A stretch of 64,000 nt of DNA from Minisyncoccia bacterium (GTDB taxonomy: Bacteria > Patescibacteriota > Minisyncoccia > Phycocordibacterales > DATDWN01): assembly GCA_049297675.1 (NCBI GenBank), contig JBAQUS010000015.1, positions 1,414-65,413 of the forward strand. The letters are read 5' to 3'. Numbering within the stretch: the stretch's first letter is position 1; each line of letters opens with the position of its first letter. Positions 18,101-27,494 of the stretch are shown one piece after another. Below the pieces are notes generated by a model. It was not told where the DNA came from, did no database searches, and worked only from the letters and a program-made list of their open reading frames with translations. The translations under genes and the position numbers were made by a program.

Positions 18101-20550
18101 ATCACTACCTCATAGGCTCGTTTAACTTTGCAAGCAGTAGTATAAGCATTGATCCAGAAGAAACTGCACAAATTACGATAAATATTGCCAATACTGTTGG
18201 GTATGTAGGCAATGTTGTATTTGACGCTTTTGTTGAGGGAATCGGAAATACTGCTTATCCTGATTCCCGATATCAAGAGACATTAGCATTTACCGAAGAA
18301 CCATCAGATCTTCCAGGTCTTCCTATATATTTTATTGCGGAGAAACATGTAAATAGTGGACCAGCAATTGCGATTAATGTGCAGTGGGGGCAAAAGAGTG
18401 ATCCAAATCGGCTTAATTATAGAGTTATGGCCCGACATATGGGATCAACTACCTGGGAGTATTCAGATGTCAGTAACTCATTGAGTGGAGGATTTATTAC
18501 AGGTTCGTTGTTTACTGAAGACCAATTGTACGAGGTTACCGTTGGAGCTCTTGCTCAAGATGGAGTGAGAGTCGTTTATTACACATCTCCAGTTCAAGTT
18601 AAAACTAGTATAAATGAGAACGAATATGTTGCAGGAACTGTTTCCGGAACAATGAGAGATGTTAATGGGTTAGTTCCAAATCTTGCTTTTATAGCAGGTG
18701 GAAACAATGCAAGTAGTGATGAAGATGGAAATATATCTGTTTCAAATATTCCATATGGAAGAGGGTGGATTAGACCAGACAGTTTCCGTTATGAGAAATA
18801 TATAACGACATATACAACTGCTGATACTGCTGTTACAAACCATAAAGCATATACCAATTTGATACCGGATACAGAGGATCCAGAGATTACCTATTTTGTC
18901 ATAGCAAATGAAGGAGATTATGAGATGGAAAATTTGCAGACTAAGACTATCCATCTTGGTGTTGACGATGACATAGGTATTACTGGAACCGGTGTTGTTG
19001 AAAGTGCAACATTCTCATATTATGATCCGAATGATACCGAGTGGCATGTTATAGGAACAATGCAAGGTCCACTCTCTAGTACTGTTGCGTATAGCTGGAA
19101 TGTTGGAGGAGATCTTGTTGGAGATGGATATAAAATTAAAGCAACCATCCGTGATTATAGTGGAAAAGAATCTGATCCGGTGGAATGGGGTCCGTTTGAG
19201 TTTACTACCGGCAACGCTTCACCAGAATTTTCTTTTATAACTCCACTCCCAGCAACAACGACACCTATTGATTTAAGTCATACGATTGAATGGACCGATA
19301 GAGACGATGATAATAATGCATCTATATTATTATCATATGATCCAGACCAAATCTCAGGTAATGCAAATCACACTAATATTGTAACAGTATATGAGGATTC
19401 AGCTCTAAATCAGTATGTGTGGAACACGTCATCAGTCGCAACTGGCACTTACTATATCATGGCACTTATTAGCGACGGGGTTAACAGTAATCAAGTTATT
19501 TACTCAGATGAACCAGTTATTATAAGTCACAATGCTCCCACAGCTCCATCAAGTCTTCTTGCCGAAGGCCAGACTAATCCGACAAGTGTAACCGATAATA
19601 CCCCAGAGTTATCGGCAATATATAATGATCCAAATGATGGAAATAATGCCACTCATTATAGAATTCAATTATCTGCCACTTCTACTTTCTCGAGTATGCA
19701 ATGGGATAGTAACAAGACTGCACTTGCAAGTTCAACAGCTAAAGGGTCGCGTATAGCAGATGTGTCTTATAGTGGTTCATCTTTAGCTTCAAGTACTTCG
19801 TATTACTGGCGTATAAAGTTCTGGGATAACTCAAATAACGAAGGAGCATGGAGTACGACAACTTCAAGCTTCATTCTTGCCACAAGTACGGGAGGCGGAG
19901 GAGGAGTTTCCACATCAACCCCTGCATTTATAACTTCTATTGCAGCTGGTGGTACTCCAAGTAGTGTTACGACAGCTGGAGTTAATACAACTGGTGCCAA
20001 TTTCATAATTATTACTGCAGCCTACAACACAGGCTCAACTCCAACTATTTCAGATAATAAAAGTAATACTTGGACACCACTTACTGATAGTGTAGTTGTG
20101 GGAAGTGTGACTACTAGACTTTATTATTCACAAAATCCTACTGTTGGAAGTGGACACACATTCTCAAATACAGCTAGTAGTAACTATTCCTCAGTGTGTG
20201 TAGCTGCTTTCAGTGGAGTGGCCACAAGTTCTATGGATGTTCAAAATGGAGCAACAAATAGTTCAACCACCATTCAGCCTGGTAGTGTGACGCCTTCAGT
20301 AGATAAGGAACTATTGGTTACAGGTTTAGGATGGAATGTGGGCAGAACAACATATCCTCCTACTATCAATAGTAGTTTTACAGTAGCAACATCATCAAAC
20401 TTTTTATCTGGAAATCACTATGGATGTTCGATAGGTTACTATATTCAAGCAACTAGCAGTGCAGCAAATCCAACATGGAGTTTAGGAAGTTCACAGTCAA
20501 ACGCTGCTCGTATCTCAACATTCAAACCAGCAACAACCACAACTCCTTAA
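15121..20550 (+). CDS. giant secreted or surface repeat protein (1809 aa)
   Basis: Signal peptide. Two copies of a ~110-aa FN3-like module (roughly nt 16800-17130 and 19540-19880). Alpha/alpha-toroid 'DGSWG' repeats. Ser/Thr-rich tail. Confidence 0.75.
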   Translation: MNNMKKNIFSKILTGFLLISLLLSPIAPVFAQTSNNDLLKKTPLEEVIDIPKVIISKDIISDLSLVDWTQKIEVKGKEVELSSKESLEVLDLPSEIKNFVEMYRGDIDAINGTIFMLPSTKADKKKHITEALQYSIAKNLIEKGQLPANYFELKIKGLVQSTDHIINIEKDSGKQLNAEDAVPIDATPKAVITNVRNIDAQTKKKESETSIIGSAWKAVTGAVSDVTGFIGDQLSHVQDVSESIIANVSSATSPKGEFIKNEHDAKAWRKYLDERVEYLKTQNNLPAYVLEKAVEGQNKFENYLIQKEYITEPGGEVRSPGISFGGVFKNTMRWLFALVLPEKAYAYIFGSEDFETCSSLPCSFEDNGAWGSVTPSLDHGSIVSGVDSLKEIVTGEGGGSLGMDGFSTNDIRVQFKVWIPNPTTWGVSGYFSVLILQDSSNANTVWFNVEDWGTPRLTVAGDVLSYTNTGIDLVPGAVNTIEARIKIGSSTGDVDIWLNNTTEGSPNYNGSGTMNTGTDNIDAVLAGLVYAPENGISTTYFDDIIVNNAFIGAGITNTSPSAPTNILTEGQTNPTNVNDSTPEFSAIYVDSDTGDLANKYRLQVSTSTTFSTIKWDSGTTTMATTTAGYRSPDIIYGGSSLATSTTYYSRILFIDDGNAAGAWSTATSTFILGTVEGNSTSTQAALQYLINNQNDDGSWGSATTTFTTTVAVVDALDAYGETGTSYQNGIDWLEDYIVDNNDYLAQQTELLARAGQGTTTSTTLANALDKSTGGFVFDRSYQSDPATTAKALQALIEAEYEDPGANPDLTVLLGLYYLTQTQRFDEGWSAFNGGVSSIPITSEVVEALLPYKGQTLTGFESSSIAINDTLNPALASLKATQLSNGTWDNNLLNTAIAFYTLKKSKTAATYAYETVSYLEGAQAGNGSFGGGNLYTTALVLRALVIPEATLGNLVIEDIVPLTSLQNASSSSIRIDITNNGDAVVDTGILNIVADHYLIGSFNFASSSISIDPEETAQITINIANTVGYVGNVVFDAFVEGIGNTAYPDSRYQETLAFTEEPSDLPGLPIYFIAEKHVNSGPAIAINVQWGQKSDPNRLNYRVMARHMGSTTWEYSDVSNSLSGGFITGSLFTEDQLYEVTVGALAQDGVRVVYYTSPVQVKTSINENEYVAGTVSGTMRDVNGLVPNLAFIAGGNNASSDEDGNISVSNIPYGRGWIRPDSFRYEKYITTYTTADTAVTNHKAYTNLIPDTEDPEITYFVIANEGDYEMENLQTKTIHLGVDDDIGITGTGVVESATFSYYDPNDTEWHVIGTMQGPLSSTVAYSWNVGGDLVGDGYKIKATIRDYSGKESDPVEWGPFEFTTGNASPEFSFITPLPATTTPIDLSHTIEWTDRDDDNNASILLSYDPDQISGNANHTNIVTVYEDSALNQYVWNTSSVATGTYYIMALISDGVNSNQVIYSDEPVIISHNAPTAPSSLLAEGQTNPTSVTDNTPELSAIYNDPNDGNNATHYRIQLSATSTFSSMQWDSNKTALASSTAKGSRIADVSYSGSSLASSTSYYWRIKFWDNSNNEGAWSTTTSSFILATSTGGGGGVSTSTPAFITSIAAGGTPSSVTTAGVNTTGANFIIITAAYNTGSTPTISDNKSNTWTPLTDSVVVGSVTTRLYYSQNPTVGSGHTFSNTASSNYSSVCVAAFSGVATSSMDVQNGATNSSTTIQPGSVTPSVDKELLVTGLGWNVGRTTYPPTINSSFTVATSSNFLSGNHYGCSIGYYIQATSSAANPTWSLGSSQSNAARISTFKPATTTTP
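16800..17130 (+). repeat. intragenic domain repeat, copy 1
   Basis: PSAPTNILTEGQTNPTNVNDSTPEFSAIY...YYSRILFIDDGNAAGAWSTATSTFILGT. Confidence 0.6.
19540..19880 (+). repeat. intragenic domain repeat, copy 2
   Basis: PTAPSSLLAEGQTNPTSVTDNTPELSAIY...YYWRIKFWDNSNNEGAWSTTTSSFILAT. Both the amino-acid and nucleotide sequences are similar to copy 1. Confidence 0.6.
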
Positions 20551-20618
20551 ATTCTGTTTTGTAGGGGCATAGCTATTCTTTTCAATTTCAACTATTTGAT
20601 GTAGGGTTAAAACAATCT

Positions 20619-22127
20619 ATGAAAATCAAGAAAGAATTAATAGCATCCTCTCTACTCGTGGTTATTTTTTTAGTGACTGTATTTTACTTATCGCAAGGTT
20701 CATACGTAAAAAGTAATAATATTGATTCCTTTATATATAAGAAAGATATTCAGATAGGTAAGGACAAGCTTAATCTTATAGTTAAGGGGGTATCAGTTCC
20801 TCTACACAATGGCGATTTATTAGGTAGTGAATATTATTTTTATACATCTGGTACAGAACCTAATTTTTTGAAAAAAGTTGAATCACTTATTCCGCCTAAC
20901 TATAATAAAGAAACTGGTTTTGATCCCTATTTTTCCTTGAAAGATATTACTGGTGACGGTGTCCCCGAAATACTTATTTTAGTAGAACGAAGTGCAAGTA
21001 ATTTAAAGATATATGAAATACTAAGATTGGAGAATGGAGTTTTTAGTAATATTACTATAGAAGGACAAAGGGATAATCCTGCTTGGGTAGATTTTGATAA
21101 ACTTGAGTATAAAGACGAACATATATCATTAGATTGGCATGGTCTATCATCAGATTATCAAGTTGGTAGAAATTATTATCGCTTAACTGGCAATACTTTA
21201 GTATTTATTAAAGGAGTGGTTTTTGTTGTGACTAATGACTCAATAACCAAAGGAAATGGTGAAACGTGTGATGTGAAAGTTAGGTATAGTAGTGACAATG
21301 ATTATAGTTTTGTAGATAATGTTCCATGCGGATCAGGGGTTTTTGATTTTGAAAAGTATTTTTCATCTACATCTTATGATCTTTATAGAAGAGATGAAAA
21401 TAATATTTATTTTATGGATCAACCAGTTGAAGATGCGGACCTGAAGACTTTTAAGCTTATTGATGAAAATTATTCAAAGGATAAAAATTTTGTATATTAT
21501 GCATTTTCCAAAATTGAAAAAGCTGACCCTGAGACTTTTCAAATCCTGTCAAATTCTTATAGGTGGGCTAAAGACAAAAATAATGTTTATTACAGTGCTA
21601 GGTATGTAGAGTTTGCTGATGCTAGAACTTTTATTGCACTAAATTCTACTTTTGGTGCAGATAGTTTAAATCTCTTTTATGAAGGCAATGTAGTGAGCGG
21701 ATCAGATCCAGCTACACTTCAACTGATTAAATGGGATTATCCAAGTTATTTAAAGGATGCGAATCAAGTGTACTATGATGGTTATCAGATGGATTTTAAA
21801 CCTATTATTACAGGTGCAGACCCAGCTACTTTTATTATAGTTAAGGATCACTTTTCAAAAGATAAAAATCATGCCTATTACGGTACAATGACTATTACTA
21901 ATGCGGATCCTAAAACTTTCGAAGTTATAAAGGATTCAGTATATTCTAAAGATAGTAAACATGTTTTTTATGAAGATACCATAATATCTAAAGCTGATCC
22001 TGTAACTTTTGTACTCTTAAATGATCCACACAGCTATCCCACATATGCGAAGGATAAAAATCATGTATATATGCAAGCTAGTATTATTCTAGACGCAGAT
22101 CCTGCTACATTTGTGATTCCTGGGTAA
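20619..22127 (+). CDS. DKNYY-repeat membrane-anchored protein
   Basis: At least 6 repeats of DKN(H/F/N)VYY...ADP.TF. The N-terminal region contains 'DITGDGVPEILIL'. Confidence 0.65.
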   Translation: MKIKKELIASSLLVVIFLVTVFYLSQGSYVKSNNIDSFIYKKDIQIGKDKLNLIVKGVSVPLHNGDLLGSEYYFYTSGTEPNFLKKVESLIPPNYNKETGFDPYFSLKDITGDGVPEILILVERSASNLKIYEILRLENGVFSNITIEGQRDNPAWVDFDKLEYKDEHISLDWHGLSSDYQVGRNYYRLTGNTLVFIKGVVFVVTNDSITKGNGETCDVKVRYSSDNDYSFVDNVPCGSGVFDFEKYFSSTSYDLYRRDENNIYFMDQPVEDADLKTFKLIDENYSKDKNFVYYAFSKIEKADPETFQILSNSYRWAKDKNNVYYSARYVEFADARTFIALNSTFGADSLNLFYEGNVVSGSDPATLQLIKWDYPSYLKDANQVYYDGYQMDFKPIITGADPATFIIVKDHFSKDKNHAYYGTMTITNADPKTFEVIKDSVYSKDSKHVFYEDTIISKADPVTFVLLNDPHSYPTYAKDKNHVYMQASIILDADPATFVIPG

Positions 22128-22416
22128 ACTTTCCCGATCACAAAGTGTTGAGAACAGTCACCAAACGCAGGGTATTCAAAGGGGTAGAAAAGAATGACGT
22201 TAAAATGGAAACCATACAGTCATATCTAGGCCTTTTGAAACATGGAAATAGCAGGAAGTTAGAGAACCAATTGTTCCTACCAATTAGATAGAAATATCGC
22301 TATGTTATTGCTGGAGTGGTATTATTGAAACACAAACGGGTGGACCTCTTACATTAGTTATTGCCTAATGTAAAAAATATTGGACCGCAAGCCAAAAATC
22401 TATTAATATATATAGT

Positions 22417-23289
22417 ATGAAAAAGCCAACTGCCAATCTACTCCTAGGTGACTGTGAAAAGATTTTATCAAAAGTAAAAGATAACAGTATTAGTCTAATC
22501 GTAACTTCACCTCCATATACCGAACGACGTTCTGATACATACGGAGGAATAAAAACAGATAAATATGTTGAGTGGTTTTTACCTAAAAGTAAGGAATTTC
22601 TTAGAGTGCTGAAACCTACAGGTACATTTATTTTAAACATTAAGGAGGCAACTGAAAATAGAGAGAAGGAATTATATGTATTGCATTTAATTCTTGAACT
22701 TAAAAAACAAGGCTGGTATTGGACAGAAGAATTTATTTGGCACAAAAAGAACTCTTTTCCTGGAAAGTGGCCTAATCGATTTCGAGATTCTTGGGAAAGA
22801 CTCCTGCAGTTCAATAAAGACCCTAATTTTAATATGTATCAAGAAGCTGTCATGGTCCCTATAGGAAAATGGGGTGACGTGAGATTAAAAAATCTTAGTG
22901 AAGCGGATAAGACTAGGACCAAGTCGAAAGTTGGAAGTGGGTTTGGAAGAATGGTGGCTAATTGGACTAATCGTGAATTAGTTTATCCGACTAACGTCCT
23001 CCATATAGCAACAGAGACAGGTAATAAAAATCACAGTGCAGTTTTTCCTCAAGCCATACCTGAATGGTTTATAAAACTTTTTACTAAGAAAGGAGATTGG
23101 GTACTAGATCCTTTTGCTGGTTCTGCTACAACGCTCAGGGTGGCCAATAAATTGGGTAGAAACTCTATTGGTATCGAAGTCCAGAAAAAATATCATAAAA
23201 TATCAAAGTCTAATTTAAAGCTTGACAGAGCCACTTTAATAACTGATACTATATCACAACCTGTCAGGAGAAAGACTCGCTTAAAATGA
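22417..23289 (+). CDS. beta-class DNA methyltransferase (N4-cytosine or N6-adenine; SPPY motif IV before motif I)
   Basis: 'LIVTSPPYTE' is motif IV. C-terminal 'VLDPFAGSATT' is motif I (the AdoMet-binding site). Confidence 0.8.
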   Translation: MKKPTANLLLGDCEKILSKVKDNSISLIVTSPPYTERRSDTYGGIKTDKYVEWFLPKSKEFLRVLKPTGTFILNIKEATENREKELYVLHLILELKKQGWYWTEEFIWHKKNSFPGKWPNRFRDSWERLLQFNKDPNFNMYQEAVMVPIGKWGDVRLKNLSEADKTRTKSKVGSGFGRMVANWTNRELVYPTNVLHIATETGNKNHSAVFPQAIPEWFIKLFTKKGDWVLDPFAGSATTLRVANKLGRNSIGIEVQKKYHKISKSNLKLDRATLITDTISQPVRRKTRLK

Positions 23290-23304
23290 TAATTATCTCA
23301 ATAT

Positions 23305-24726
23305 ATGGCTCAAATAACCAAAGATGTAGCACGTGAGATTATAGAGGATTTTGCTAGTGATATTGCTAGAGCCAAAAGTGCAGATGGTCCAAAACCTCAA
23401 AAAGAAGTAATAGATTTTAGAAATGAAAAACGGGATGGTGTTGAAAGAGTAGTGTATACCGTTCCTATTTCTCTACTTAGATTTCGTAAAGAAAATGGTA
23501 GAATCGCCTCTGACGTTTTGGCATACGAAAAAGGACACGGGGTTCTTCGTGAAGATGTGAGTGAACATCAAAAAATACTTGCAGGTTTTCTCAGAGATAA
23601 GGACCCCGATACAACGGAAATTCTTAAGAAGTCAGTTCAACAAAAAGGGCAAGAAGACCCAGCTATAATTACCGCTGATGGTTTTTTAATCAATGGTAAT
23701 CGACGTAAGCTTGTACTTGAAATGTTGTGGGAAGGATCCAGTCACGACCCTCGTTTTGAGCGTATGAAAGTAGTTATCCTGCCAGGTAAGGATGATCCTG
23801 GAGGCACTCCAACTAATAGAGAGATAGAACAAATCGAAAACCGATATCAACTCTACAAAGATGGAAAATCTGAATATTCAAATTTTGACAGAGCCCTCTC
23901 TGTTCGTAGAAAAATAGACTCTGGTATGTCTTTGGAAGAACAATTGCGGGATGATCCTGCAACTTCAGGAATAAGTGATCGTGATTTTAAAAAAGAAGTG
24001 CAACGCTATCAGGATGAGTTTCTCGGACCTCTTACTTGTGCAGATCGTTATCTGGAAGCTATAGGTCGTGAAGGAATCTACACACTCATTTCTTCTGGGA
24101 AGGGAGACAGAGAAAATAGATGGCAAGCTTTTATTGATTATTACAAGTTCTACAAACGTCTCCAAGACCCTGCGGAACGAGTAAAAGTGGGAGTTGAAGA
24201 AAAAGAGGTGGGTAAACTTGAGGCAATGGCTTTTAGCCTCATTAGATTGAGAGATTTTTCCAATCTAGGCATAAAGCTACACATGCTCATACGCAAGCTT
24301 CCCAAATATGTTGCCCATCCTTATGCCAAAAAAGAGCTTTTACAAATCAGCTCTTTAGGACACGATGTGGAAGATACTTCTAAAAAAGGTGACAGTTCTT
24401 CCCCTGAAGAACTCGATAAACGTTGGGTTAATGCAAACCAGACCGACATCAAACGCCAAGTTCATAAGGCACAAGAGATCATTGAAAGAATAGAAGTCAT
24501 GGAAACCCCTATTACACTTTTACGACAAGCTCTCGACAAGCTTACAGATGATAACATGGACCCAGCTTCGATAAAATATAATGATGTACCTGAAGCACTG
24601 AGGTTGGCTCAAGGATTAAAAGATCGAGTGGAAGAGTTGCGTAAGGAGTTCTATCAACACCAAAAAGTTGGTGAGGATTACATATCTAAGAATAATAATA
24701 AAACTCCAAAACGCAATGGAAGTTAG
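23305..24726 (+). CDS. ParB/Sulfiredoxin-fold (ParB N-terminal nuclease-like) domain protein
   Basis: 'YTVPISLLRFRKENGR' together with 'ITADGFLINGNRRKLV' matches ParB box I/II-like motifs. The C-terminal ~300 aa are unassigned. Confidence 0.55.
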   Translation: MAQITKDVAREIIEDFASDIARAKSADGPKPQKEVIDFRNEKRDGVERVVYTVPISLLRFRKENGRIASDVLAYEKGHGVLREDVSEHQKILAGFLRDKDPDTTEILKKSVQQKGQEDPAIITADGFLINGNRRKLVLEMLWEGSSHDPRFERMKVVILPGKDDPGGTPTNREIEQIENRYQLYKDGKSEYSNFDRALSVRRKIDSGMSLEEQLRDDPATSGISDRDFKKEVQRYQDEFLGPLTCADRYLEAIGREGIYTLISSGKGDRENRWQAFIDYYKFYKRLQDPAERVKVGVEEKEVGKLEAMAFSLIRLRDFSNLGIKLHMLIRKLPKYVAHPYAKKELLQISSLGHDVEDTSKKGDSSSPEELDKRWVNANQTDIKRQVHKAQEIIERIEVMETPITLLRQALDKLTDDNMDPASIKYNDVPEALRLAQGLKDRVEELRKEFYQHQKVGEDYISKNNNKTPKRNGS

Positions 24727-26593
24727 AGTAACTGATAATAGTATTTCTATTCTCTCTGCTCAAAAAACAACGACAGGGCAGATTTCTTTTTGGGGATTTA
24801 CAAAAGACAGTGAAGGAGTCTACACACTTCAGACTAACGAAGTGGCTTCAATGCTGGAAAAGGTACTTGATTTTTTTGATACAGAAAATCTAACGTATAC
24901 TCTTTCTCTTGAAGCAGAAAATATAAAAAAAGATAGAACAAAAGTCATTGTTGATTTTTCTGAAAGAAAAAAAGTACTTGAAGATTTTAAACATGGAATT
25001 TTTGATAAACAAGCGTACCAGGACTTCACTGGTTTTCTTTCCAAAAATCTAGTACGTTCACTAAAGGAACATCAAAAGAAAAGTGCTTACCATCTATATC
25101 TTGCTAGAAATGGGGCAAATTTCTCTGTTCCTGGAAGTGGAAAAACTTCTGTGGTGTTGAGTGTATTTGAAAAACTACGAGCTGAAGGAATAGTTGATAC
25201 ATTGTTTGTCATTGGACCTCCTGCTTCTTTTGGCCCATGGAGAAAGGAATTTGAAGCTACCATCGGCAGAAAACCGACCTATAGAACTCTAGCTGGAGGA
25301 GACAGACAGACTCGTTCTATCGAGTATTACCCAGATGATAAAACAAAAGCAGAACTTTATCTCACTACTTTTCAGACTGTTCTAAAAGACCAGGATGAGG
25401 TTATCCGATTCCTTTCCTCACGACACATTAATGCTTTTCTTGTAGTGGATGAGGCCCATTACATGAAGCGTTTGATTGGAAACTGGGCAAATGCTGTCAT
25501 GCGTCTTGCCTCTTCCGCATCTGTTCGTTGTGTTCTTACAGGGACACCCCTACCCAGAAGTCATACTGATATTTTTAATCTCTTTGATTTTCTGTGGCCA
25601 AATAACAAGCCTATTAGCGAGTCTCAACAACACATGATTACAGTATATGAGAAAGACCAAAAATATGACCAAATAAAACAGATACTCGACACCACAGTTG
25701 GACCACTATTCTATAGAGTCAGAAAATCAGACCTCAATTTAACCAAACCTGTTTTTCATGACCCTATTAAAATTCGCATGAATAATTATGAAAGAAAAAT
25801 ATACGATGCTATTGAAAATAAGATACGAGAAGAAAACATGCATGACGAAATACATGATTTCGAGTTGGTACTACATCTAAGGCGAGGTAGACTCATGCGT
25901 TTAAGACAAGCGTCGTCGTATATCGGATTATTAAAGAGTTCAATTGTGGGATACGAAGAAGTTTTGTATGACCCTGCTTCTGATATAGGAAAGTATATAC
26001 ATGCGTACGATGAACACGAACGTCCAGCCAAACTAGAGTATCTTCTGAATTTTTTGAAGGAATTAAAAATAAAAGGAGAAAAAATAGTCATATGGTCAAA
26101 TTTTCTTGGAACAATCGATCTCATACAAAAAACGCTCATTGCAGATGGTCTAAAAGTTAAAATAATAACTGGAGCTACTCCCGTCGAACAAATGTCTATT
26201 AGTGAGGCAGATACTAGAGAAAAGATAAGAGATGAGTTCGTTGATCCAAATAGTGGACTCGATATTTTGATAGCAAACCCTGGAGCCTGTGCGGAATCTA
26301 TTTCACTACATACCACTTGTCACCACGCACTATATTACGATTTATCTTATAACTGTGCTCAGTATCTCCAGTCGCTAGATAGAATTCATCGTGTGGGAGG
26401 GTCTGAAAAAATTCTAGCTCATTACCATTTTTTGCAGTATGATGACACAATTGACGAAGACGTTAAGTCCAGCTTGGACAGGAAAGCTAGGCAGATGTAT
26501 CAGGTCATTGATCAGGATTACGCTATTTCTTCCCTAGACATAAGTAATGAAGACGAATTAGAGGCATATGAAAGAATATTCTCTCCAAAATAG
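24713..26593 (+). CDS. SNF2-family ATPase/helicase
   Basis: Walker A 'PGSGKTS', 'LVVDEAHYMK' (DEAH box), 'VLTGTPLPRSHTDIFNLFDFL' (SNF2 motif III) and C-terminal 'QSLDRIHRVGG' (motif VI). The start overlaps the upstream stop (ATGGAAGTTAG). Confidence 0.75.
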   Translation, partial: AMEVRVTDNSISILSAQKTTTGQISFWGFTKDSEGVYTLQTNEVASMLEKVLDFFDTENLTYTLSLEAENIKKDRTKVIVDFSERKKVLEDFKHGIFDKQAYQDFTGFLSKNLVRSLKEHQKKSAYHLYLARNGANFSVPGSGKTSVVLSVFEKLRAEGIVDTLFVIGPPASFGPWRKEFEATIGRKPTYRTLAGGDRQTRSIEYYPDDKTKAELYLTTFQTVLKDQDEVIRFLSSRHINAFLVVDEAHYMKRLIGNWANAVMRLASSASVRCVLTGTPLPRSHTDIFNLFDFLWPNNKPISESQQHMITVYEKDQKYDQIKQILDTTVGPLFYRVRKSDLNLTKPVFHDPIKIRMNNYERKIYDAIENKIREENMHDEIHDFELVLHLRRGRLMRLRQASSYIGLLKSSIVGYEEVLYDPASDIGKYIHAYDEHERPAKLEYLLNFLKELKIKGEKIVIWSNFLGTIDLIQKTLIADGLKVKIITGATPVEQMSISEADTREKIRDEFVDPNSGLDILIANPGACAESISLHTTCHHALYYDLSYNCAQYLQSLDRIHRVGGSEKILAHYHFLQYDDTIDEDVKSSLDRKARQMYQVIDQDYAISSLDISNEDELEAYERIFSPK

Positions 26594-27491
26594 TGATTTT
26601 AAAAAAATATCTCTAGCCCAAATAAAAGTCTTATTTGAGGTACTAATGAACAGTCATGGTCATGATATTTCTTATGTAAAGGAGAAATACCTGAGAGGAA
26701 GTGCTTTTTTTGATGAGACTTTTCGGTTTTTGTCTGTTTTAGGCATAGTAGAAAATATAGATAAACAACTCCAACTTTCTATTCCAGCAAATATGGAAGT
26801 AGAATCAATTCTTCTAAATTCTCTTTTTAGGAAAGCTAGTAAAATATCCGCTATTGTCGATTACTTCCATAACTTTTTATTAGTGGAGGATGTGTATACT
26901 TTTAAACCACCAGTACAGAAAAATTTACAGACCAGCGGAGTTCGCAATCTCCTATTGGAATTGGATATTATTGAACACGATATAAGTACTGGAAATTATA
27001 TTGTAAGTAAAAAGGGAACACCATATTTGAAATCTTTTTTATACCGCACTTCCGTTTTGGAGTTTGAAGAAATCCTTAGAAAACGAGATAAACTAGGACT
27101 TAAGGCAGAATTAGCTGTTCTTGCATATGAGCACAAGAAACTAAGTAAATATCCTGGATTGGCAAAACAAATTGTTCATGTTTCTCGCTCTGATGTCGGA
27201 GCCGGGTATGATATTCAGAGTTTTACTTATGCCGATGGAGCGCCAACACTAAAATATATTGAAGTTAAGGCTGTTTCAGCAAATGATTTTAGTTTCTTTT
27301 GGTCAATTAACGAGATCGAGGTTGCAAAATGGTATAGGCAACAATACTACTTATATTTGGTACCAATATCAAAGGGTGGAAAAATTAACATGCAGAAGTT
27401 GAAGATAATTTCAGACCCATATGATTATATTTATAAGGATGAAAAAAATAGAGATCTTGAGTCCGTACTTTTTCATGTTTCACCAAAATAG
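26568..27491 (+). CDS. hypothetical protein with a C-terminal PD-(D/E)xK nuclease-like (DUF3883-like) domain
   Basis: 'ELAVLAYEHKK...GAGYDIQSF...YIEVKAV...FWSINEIEVA' carries D...ExK catalytic-type motifs. The start is uncertain (an alternative Met lies at 26646). Confidence 0.5.
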   Translation: MKEYSLQNSDFKKISLAQIKVLFEVLMNSHGHDISYVKEKYLRGSAFFDETFRFLSVLGIVENIDKQLQLSIPANMEVESILLNSLFRKASKISAIVDYFHNFLLVEDVYTFKPPVQKNLQTSGVRNLLLELDIIEHDISTGNYIVSKKGTPYLKSFLYRTSVLEFEEILRKRDKLGLKAELAVLAYEHKKLSKYPGLAKQIVHVSRSDVGAGYDIQSFTYADGAPTLKYIEVKAVSANDFSFFWSINEIEVAKWYRQQYYLYLVPISKGGKINMQKLKIISDPYDYIYKDEKNRDLESVLFHVSPK

Positions 27492-27494
27492 TTT

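Noticed and set aside
22365-22814. 149-aa minus-strand ORF
   Set aside because: It is fully antisense to the well-supported methyltransferase gene.
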